64,000 nucleotides of DNA from Chrysomallon squamiferum (lineage: Eukaryota; Animalia; Mollusca): assembly GCA_012295275.1 (NCBI GenBank), contig CM022672.1, positions 20,150,001-20,214,000 of the forward strand. Direction: 5' to 3'. Positions 55,138 through 64,000 of this stretch are shown one piece after another (the stretch's first letter is position 1; each line of letters starts with the position of its first letter). Position numbers and translations under genes: made by a program. The notes below the pieces were generated by a model. That model was given only the letters and a program-made list of their open reading frames with translations, searched no databases and was not told the DNA's origin.

Positions 55138-55979
55138 CTATTTTTTGCTTTCCTTTTCTTTATTAGAACCACTAAACCATGCAGTACCAATCTTAACAGC
55201 GAACGCAACTAAATCCAGAGCGGCAACATTAACAACATTTAGCAACTGAAAGGATAATGAAAACCGTTCAACTAAAATGCTATAAATAGAATAGAATAAA
55301 ATAAAATGCATGAAATGAAATAAAATAATACAAACAAAACAAAATAAAATAAAATAAACAAGTAAATAAAACAAAACAGTATAATATATATGAAATAAAG
55401 TAAAAAAAGAGAATTAAAAAATATCATAAAATAAATAAGAAATAATAATATAATGAAATTAAATTACATACTCGATAAGCTGCACTGATAGGTGAAGGCG
55501 ACGATATAATTGTCTTCGATACTTTTCTATGTAATTAATTAACTAATTTATTTATTTATTCTTGTATTTACTAAAACCCGAAATGAAATAATTTTTCAAT
55601 GATAATGACTTAAAGATGATACTGTTTTGTTCTAGTCCGTTTTACAAAGACGGACGAAATATTTTAATATTGAAATAGCACAGATAAATCGTAATATTCC
55701 TCCCCTCCCATATTTATATATTTAAGACATGTATTTTTAATCTTAGCAAAGATCCAGATCATTACCTTTAAAGCATTATGCATACGCTTAAAATAAATAA
55801 ATAATAAAATAAACATTTACAAAATATACCTTTTAATAAAATGCCTCTAGTACTGTACTGAATTAAATCATCCTCTCAATAATGTCAAAATGTTTAATGT
55901 AGTATTAAGCATAATTATAATTTAGTTTTCTTTGAATAATTATTTAATTATTATTCTATTTGTTTTACTTTAAAATGAA

Positions 55980-56011
<32 letters not shown>

Positions 56012-57758
56012 TCACATTCACATTTGTAATCGAATTTACTCGAATGTAATACTAGACTGTTTTGATTTTAAGCAGTACAGTTAACTTAACGAAGATAATA
56101 ACCATTGTTACTGCATCAGACTTCGCTTTGCCGTATCGACATTTGCTGGCGAAACTCTTGCAGTTGTCACAACAAAGGTTGTAAGTTGTTCGTCCAATGC
56201 TATCGTTCGCTATCTCAACAATTTCTTCGCTTTCCAGAGGCCTGTCAATTATAGTATTCAATTGATCATGTTTAAATAAAAGACATTAATGTACTTAGCA
56301 ACAAATATTTCACAATATTATTACTGTTAATAAATAGTTTCGTATTTTCATGACTTTTTATATAATTTGTGAGCTGATATACACACAACCAGACCCCATT
56401 TCATTAAATGCAGCGTTTAAGTTTATTTGTTAGTGGCTAATATTCATCCTAATTAGCTTGATGCTGCTTAATATTTGTACTCCAAAGATTATAATTATAA
56501 TTATATACTTTTTAATGAAAAGATAAAAGTATCGGAAACTGATGAAATTATTAGCAGCAGAGGTAAACTAAAAATTTGAATAAAACTGAAATTGAGAAAA
56601 ACAAATCACACACAGTAATATACATACACACACCTAACTGATAGATCAAATTTTCTCTTGAGTTTTAGCTTTAATCTGTTTATGTTCAAATAGGTATTTA
56701 AATCAAATTTACGTGCGACCCCTGTCTTGTTTTATGTTCACTGGACTGCCGTTTTGGACATCCTCCAATTTTTCCCTTTTCACCGCTGCCGGTCCAGCTA
56801 CTCCACGAATGGAAAATGAATTACTTTTATTCTGATCTGGAACTTTGTGAATTACCTCTCCATTACCTACAAAATAATATGTAACTTATAAACTAAAAAA
56901 ATATAATAATACAAAAATATATAACATTATCCCCAAAACACCAAAAACAAAACAGGTGTAACCTAATTTAGTGACATAGTTTATTTCGACAATATAGGTA
57001 TTAATATTGGCATAACAAACTGATCGACGTTTTCAAGGAGTCAGGTATAAAAGTTGCAAGAGATCAACATGGAGTATGGTCGCTTTTTGCTTTAAACAAA
57101 TCACTGAACAGACTTGACTAATTTAGAAATACAAGATCTTCTGCCAGCTGTAAAATTTGCTGACGTAAATCCTGAGATATCAATGCACTAAAGTATCTAT
57201 TGGCTACAGATAGATCATCTGATACTCTGTAATGATTTGGATATTAAGATATAAACACTGCTATATTGGAAAACAGAAATTAAACCAGTAGATTTTGCAA
57301 GTGGAATATCAACTGGTATAATCAAATAACGAATGAAAGCAAACTTTACTTGCCTTTGGAAATCAGTTCGTCTTCTCAAATCATTGAAGAAAATGTACCC
57401 GTAACTGAGTGAGAGAATTAGTCTGAATAAAATTCCCATCCTTTCAAGTTGTTTCTTATGTTTCCATCCAGCCATAATTAATTTTTAAACGTGTAATAAG
57501 TTTTAATCTGTATGGTCTACGAATTTATTCAGAAATACTCTGCTGCTTGTAACTCTTTATCGTGGTTACATTCTTTCATAGAGTATTTTGCCATATGCAT
57601 GTCATTAGAAAAGAAATACTTTTTTTTATAAAAATTATAATGGAAAAAGTCCTACCTGCATAAATACCCTCATGATAATATAGTCCACGATCAAACTGCA
57701 GAATGTCTCCTTTTCTAAAGCTATCTTCCTCTTCAAAATTTGTATCTTGTAGTGACAT
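55138..57758 (-). CDS. Divergent PLAAT/HRASLS-family protein, 164 aa, apparently intact (copy B)
   Basis: Exons 57758-57656, 56866-56713, 56241-56112 and 55245-55138 (495 nt) have the same intron phases as copy A. Motifs are KGDILQFDRGLYYHEGIY, VIHK and YNLCCDNCKSFASKCRYG. An extra in-frame ATG at 57767 is not conserved in copy C. Confidence 0.85.
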
Positions 57759-58029
57759 TATATTCATTGATGGTGTAGTTTGTCACTAAATGTTTCGATC
57801 TGAAATGTTTGTTCGAGAGAATGCGACTTATGCCCAGGTAAGAATGTTTTAGTTGCTATTCACTTTCCTTGTAATGTGTCAGTTTCCACGAATCGCAGTT
57901 TCTATGTATGGACACAACAAATATGGATAGTACAAAGAACAATCAGGTCATGTCAAGATCTATAAAAGATTAAAAAATGAACTTTAGTAGTGAGTTATAT
58001 AATCATTAGATATGGTGTCGTTATGATAC

Positions 58030-58470
58030 TGATGTTAACGATGTTCAAAATCTACCATTTGGAAGAGGCAGTGTAATGGTGTAGGCGGGCATATCCACGG
58101 ATCGCACATCTCCTCTGTACATCATTAATGGAAATTTGACTGGTCAGCGAGATTGTTCAACCTTTTGTAATTCCACTTCTGCAGCGGACTGAACCAGGAG
58201 CTGGTGGTGACCGACTTCGTGCCAGGGTGGTGGTTTTCTTGCAGCAGCATAACCTTCAGACATTCACCAGACTTGTCACCCATAGAGCATGCATGGGATG
58301 AGCTAGGGCGGCGAGTTCGATCACATCATGTCCCTGCCGTCAACCTCAGCAACTGGCTCAGCAATTAGTTACAGAATGGCAAGTGATTCCTCAGTGTTAT
58401 TTCCAACGCATGGTAAAGCTTGGGACAACGTTCTGAAGAATGTGTGAATGCTAATGGTGGCTCCACAAGT
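58030..58470 (+). mobile_element. Degraded Tc1-family transposase relic (C-terminal catalytic region)
   Basis: Translates with stops and frameshifts as PFGRGSVMV*AGIS...INGNLTGQR...IVQPFVIP...SPDLSPIEHAWDELGRRVR, matching the Tc1 GGGSVMVW and SPDLNPIE motifs. Confidence 0.88.
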
Positions 58471-58809
58471 TTCTAATGCTTCTACTATATGTGTGAACAT
58501 CATTTCTGGGGGTGCATGATTTTCCCCGTCTAGGTAGTAAACTAGTTTCCACGAATATTTTTTGTTTTTTGTTTTCTCTTTTTGAGACATCAAATAAATA
58601 ATTTGTTATTAGTCGTCACAATTTTAGTATATTAGCTTATTTTCATTTGCACAAATATTTTTGACCCTTAACTTCTATCGGAGGGTAAATACGATTTTTT
58701 TCTGCTATTTCAGTAATAAAATATTTCGTACGTCTTTCTGAAAGCTACCTAGAATAAAGCATTATCTTTAGGTCATTACTATTGAACACAGTGTTATATT
58801 TAAAAGGTA

Positions 58810-59148
58810 TTAATAAATGTTCTTTGTGGTACTTTGGTTTGTTTTATGTATATAATCTCTAAACAATAGTCGCTAATTATAATTAGTATAGCAGAATTAT
58901 TAGTAATTTGAAAAAAAATGTAAAGTTAAAAAATATATATGGAGTATTAACAATCGTAAAAATAATGTAACTAACTTTTTAATTATTATTATTATTATTA
59001 TTATTATTTTTTTAATCAGTATCGATTCAGTTTAAAAAGTGTTATTATCTTTTCCAGCAATATGGCTATTATTATTATTACATATATTATTATTATTGTT
59101 ATGGCTACAATAGCTGTGGTTGTTGTTGTTGTTGTTGTTGTTGTTCTT

Positions 59149-59179
<31 letters not shown>

Positions 59180-59460
59180 TTATTATTATTATTATTAGTA
59201 GTAGTAGTAGTAGTAGTAATGGCAGAAGTAATGGCTGTAGTAGTAGCATTTTATTTATTTATTTATTTATTTTTCATATTTCTTAGGTCATTGTTATGGC
59301 AATGGTGTTTTGTTCTGACGGTTAAATAAATTTCCTCGGAAACTTTAATTTCCAAGAATTGGGTTTTTCCAGTTTTTCTTTACATAGTACACAATGTAAA
59401 CAAGATGTGACTGCTGTCACGTTCAATAACAATTCAGTTAAACCAAATCTGATTTAGACT
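58810..59460 (+). repeat. Duplicated copy of the copy-A 3' UTR/downstream region (~53570-54250)
   Basis: Shared blocks include AATAAATGTT...TTTGGTTTGTTTTAT, AATCAGTAT..TTCAGTTTAAAAAGTGTT, GTAATGGCAGAAGTAATGG and CCAAGAATTGGGTTTTTCCAGTTTTTCTTTACATAGTACACAAT. Confidence 0.8.
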
Positions 59461-59505
59461 TCTTGTTCTTTTTCTTATTATTATTACTACTACCAACACT
59501 ACTAC

Positions 59506-59542
<37 letters not shown>

Positions 59543-59684
59543 TGTTTGTTTATTAATATTATAATAATTTGTTTATTGATACAGTTATTAGTAATAGAAA
59601 TAGTAGTAGCACTAGTTTATTATTCTTATTTTTATTATTTGTTTTTGTTTTTTGTTTATTAATTATGTTTGTTTATTATTATTA

Positions 59685-59743
<59 letters not shown>

Positions 59744-61449
59744 TTTATTATTATTATTTTTTTTTTATATTTCCTTGGCTATTCCTGTCAAATGAAATTT
59801 CTCGAAAGTTTTAATTTCTTTAACTGCGTTTTTCCTCTTTCAGTTTTCATAGTACACACCGCAAACAGGATATGGAAACCAAATGAATGTAACAATCCAA
59901 AAAAAACATGTATATATTAATATTAATATTTATATATACGTGTATATTTAACAATTTCAAGTATCCTCTGATTCGTGATATACCCACGTAAAATGGACAA
60001 AAACATCGAAGTATCAAAGAATGAACATTATTATTTCTTTTAACATAACCTTATTTATTTATTTATTTATACTTTGTTCTTCTGTTTGTTTGTTTGTTTC
60101 ATTTTATTATTTTTATTTCAGACACATTTTATTTTGTTTTTATTTGTTTATTTATTATTTTAGTGAAGTTTATTTTTGTTTTTATTTTTATTTATTTTAT
60201 TTTTATGCTACACATTTTCATGTATAATGAAAGTTATAACTTGTTAGACGGCTTTTTAAACTTTTTTATTTAATATATTAATTTTATAAAATATCTTATC
60301 CCTAAGGTTTTAATGCAACAGTACAAGCAATGAATAGAGATTATAGAATTTATTTGGCATTAGAAGAAAACAACAATTACTTTTCTCTTTGGAGAGAACT
60401 TCAAAATCTCATCTTAATATTTTTTTAAAAAGAAAAGAACAGAATAAAAAAATAGGATAATAATACGTGAAGAAAGAAATCAAAAGGATGAACAACAACA
60501 ACTACAGAATGAATAGGCTTGGGAACAATAAAAACGAAACTTTGACAGAAGTAATAAATTTGAATGCTAAAGAAACATTAGGTATAAAAGCAAGAACTAT
60601 ATTTATATATAAATCAGCGGGAAAAAATATTAAGCACAAAAATAAATAAATATATATATATATATAAAATAAAAAATAAAAACCATTAAACTACTGGTAA
60701 CGTTTAATTCATCAAATAATTTTATAATTATTCAAGTAGCTGTAAAATAAAATTATTATTCTTATGATATATATTTTGCCATTGTTTTTTTTTTTTTAAT
60801 TTTAATTTATTTGGTACATACTGTTTAAAATTTTGACATTAATTTGTGTTCGTTCCTATAAACATGTATAGTAAATAAAAAAAGCACACATATACATACA
60901 AAATAAATAAATAAATAAATAAATAAATAACTCAAATGTTATAAATTAAACTGTCAACTAAGAAACAAACAAGTTAATTAATAACAACAGCTAAACTATT
61001 GTTGTTGTTGTTGTTGTTGTTGTTGTTATTATTTAATAATTTTAAAATTATTAGTTTCTGTTTCTTTATTTCCATTATTTTTGTTCTTCATTTATGGAAG
61101 TTTTGTTCAGCTTGTTTAGTATGGCTATTCCCAGGGCATGTTCTTAAACTGATTGGTTTTATTCTGAAAATACATACATAAATAAAACAATAAAACTAAT
61201 AATAAATTAAACATTTACAAAAAATATCTTTTAATAAAATGCCTCTAGTACTATACTGAATTAAATGATCCTCAGAATAATGTCAAAATATTTAATGTCG
61301 TTTGCAGCATAATTATAATTTTCTTTTCTTTTATATATGCAAAAATTGAGTAATTATTTTATTATCATTTGATTTGTTTTGTTTTTTAATGAATTACACA
61401 CACACACACACACATTCACATTTGTAATCGAATTTACTCGAATGTAATA

Positions 61450-61775
61450 CTAGACTGTTTTGATTTTAAGCAATACAGTTAACTTAACAAATATAATAAC
61501 CTTTGTTAGTGCATCAGACTTCGCTTTACCGTATCGACATTCGCTGGTGAAAGTCTGGCAGTTGTTACAACAAAGGTTGTAAGTTGTTCGTCCAACGCTA
61601 TTTTTCGCTATCTCAACAATTTTTTCTCTTTCCAGAGGCCTGTCAATTATAGTATTCAATTGATCATGTTTAAATAAAAGACATTAATGTACTTAGCAAC
61701 AAATATTTCATAATATTATTGCTCTTAATACAAAGTTTGGTATTTTTATGACTTTTTATATAATGTGTGAACTGA

Positions 61776-61823
<48 letters not shown>

Positions 61824-63177
61824 GCCTATATTATTCCGTTAAATGCAGCGTTTTAGTTTATTTGTTAGTGGCTAATACTCATCCTAATTGGCTTGTTGCT
61901 GCTTAATATTTGTACTCCAAAGATTATAATTATATAATCTTTAATGAAAAGATAAAAGTATCTGAGACTGATAACATTATTAGCAGTAGACAAAAAATAA
62001 AAATTTTGAATGAAACTTAAACTGAGAAAAAAAAAATGATATGCATACATATAATAATATACATACACACACATGTAATTGATACATCTACTTTTAAGTT
62101 GAGTTTTAACTTTTATCTGGTTATGTTTAATTATGGATTTAAATCAAATTTACGTGCGACCCATGTCTTGTTTTATGGACACTGGACAGTTGTTTTGGAC
62201 ATCCTCCACTTTTTCTATTTTCACTGTTGCCGGTACAAATACTCCACTGAAGCTTGGTGCACTGCTTTTATTGCTATCTGGAACTTTGTGAACTACCTGT
62301 CCTTTACCTACAAAATAATATGTTAGCTATAAACAAAACAAACAAAAAAACAATACCAAAAAAAAAAAATAATAATAACAGGGGTAATATAATTCAGTGA
62401 CATAGTTTAGTTCATCAATATATATATATATTAATCATGGCATAACAAGCTGATCGAAGTTTTCAAGGACTCGTGTATAAAAGTTGCAAGACATCAGCCT
62501 GGAGTATGATGGGTTTTTGCTTCAGAAAATCACTGAACAGACGTGGCTAATTCAGAAATACAGCTGTAAAATTTGCTGACGTCCATCATGAGAGTATCTA
62601 TTGGCTACAGATAGATCATCTGATGAAAGTGATATTCTGAAATGATTTGGATATTAAGATATAAACACTGCTATGATGGAAAACAGAAATTAAACTAGTA
62701 GAGCTTGCAACTGGCATATCGAAAAGGATAATGAAATCACTTAAAATGCAAACCTTACTTGCCTTTGGAAATGAGTTCGTCTTATCAAATCATTGAAGAA
62801 AATGTACCCGTAACTGAGTGAGAGAATTAGTCTAAATAAAATTCCCATCCTTTCAAGTTGTTTCTTACATTTCCATCCATAATTAATTGTAAAACGTGAA
62901 ATAAGTTTTAATCTGTATGGTCTACGAATTTATTCAGAAATACTCTGCTGCTTGTAACTCTCTATCGAGGTTACATTCTTTCATAAAGTATTTTGCCATA
63001 TGCATGTCATTAGAAAAAAAATCGATTTTTATAAAAATTATAATGGAAAAAGTCCTACCTACATAAACACCCTCATGATTATATAGTCCACGATTAAACT
63101 GCAGTATCTCTCCTTTTTTAAAGCTATCTTCTTCTTCAAAACTATCATCTCTGTTACTTGTATCTTGTAAGTGACAT
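61450..63177 (-). pseudogene. Recent tandem duplicate of PLAAT copy B, probably pseudogenised (copy C)
   Basis: Exons 63177-63059, 62307-62154 and 61639-61510. An extra T in codon 3 gives ATG TCA CTT ACA AGA TAC AAG TAA. The exon-3 donor is CT instead of GT (61509), and I found no exon-4 homologue. Introns are clearly homologous to copy B (~55790-58010 vs ~61190-63420). Confidence 0.8.
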
Positions 63178-63545
63178 TATGTTCACTGACGGTGTAGTTT
63201 GTCACTAAATGTTTCAGTCTGAAATGTTTGTTCGAGAGAATGCGACTTATACCCAGGTAAGAATGTTCTCGTGACTGTTCAGTTTCCTTGTAATATGTCA
63301 ATTTCCACGAATCGCAGTTTTTGTTTATGGACACTACAGATGTGATCAGTACATAGCAACCAAATGAGGTCATGTCAAGGTCTATACAAAATTAACTTTA
63401 GTGGTGAATTATATCATCATATGAATTTTATTTAAGAGGGTGTTATTTCATTTTTCAGTTGGTCAGAAAAATAAATTTACAGATGTATTTTACCATAAGC
63501 ATGCATTTAGAAATAAATCATTAATATCATGTTATTTTATTCCAA

Positions 63546-63676
63546 ACCGTTGGAAAAAAAGATAAATAGTGCAAAATGATTTGTCGAAAATTGGAAAACG
63601 TAATTATAATCTCATACTCAACAACTGTGAACATTTCGCCAATTGGTGTCGATACGACATTGAAGAAAGTGGACAG
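63546..63676 (+). pseudogene. Orphan PLAAT exon-3 fragment (copy-A type)
   Basis: Reads ...KIGKRNYNLILNNCEHFANWCRYDIEESGQ|GT. It is 131 nt versus 130 in copy A (a frameshift), the acceptor is AA rather than AG, and there is no room upstream for exons 1-2. Confidence 0.8.
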
Positions 63677-64000
63677 GTAAATGTACCAATGATTACTGTA
63701 ACACAAAGATTTGTTTTCATTAGGTATTGTATAAAATTATAAAAAGAAAAGTAGTTTAGCAAATAAAAATTTTGTATTCCTCTTCAATAAACCAGTACGA
63801 GTCAACAAGTTATTGGAAATTATTTAAGAACTGAAAACAATTTATTCTCGTAAATCGGGTAGAAATATGTATAGTTCATATAACTGCCTATGTATTCCTA
63901 TAGATTGTTTTATTTCATGTTTGTACAAGCCGTTATATGACGGTTTAAAAGCAGTTTAAAGCATATTATGTTCCAATTCCAGTAAAAGAAGCTGATAAAT

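Noticed and set aside
57215-57475. 86-aa ORF in intron 1 of PLAAT copy B
   Set aside because: No recognisable domain, and the duplicate near 62640-62880 has indels that break it.
63059-63373. 104-aa ORF overlapping PLAAT copy C exon 1
   Set aside because: It is not in the PLAAT frame and does not rescue the frameshift.

Overview
AT-rich, intron-dense eukaryotic DNA with microsatellites; it looks like an invertebrate, probably a mollusc (inference). The window holds: (1) the 3' part of NUP188 on + (about 32 exons, 57-22283), two or three of them garbled. (2) An antisense gene nested in the first NUP188 intron of the window. It encodes a 255-aa TIR-domain protein with a predicted myristoylation/palmitoylation N-terminus and Gln at the usual catalytic Glu. 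(3) A complete IVNS1ABP/NS1-BP (BTB-BACK-Kelch) gene on -, with a long 5' leader, a candidate poison exon, a candidate 48-nt exon behind a U12-like short intron, and an alternative start exon. (4) A cluster of PLAAT/HRASLS (LRAT-like NlpC/P60) genes: two intact, one recent pseudogene and two exon fragments, with a strong excess of amino-acid-changing differences between paralogues. (5) A Tc2/pogo-type MITE, a Tc1 transposase relic and several repeats. All calls come from manual translation and splice-phase checks; no database search was run.
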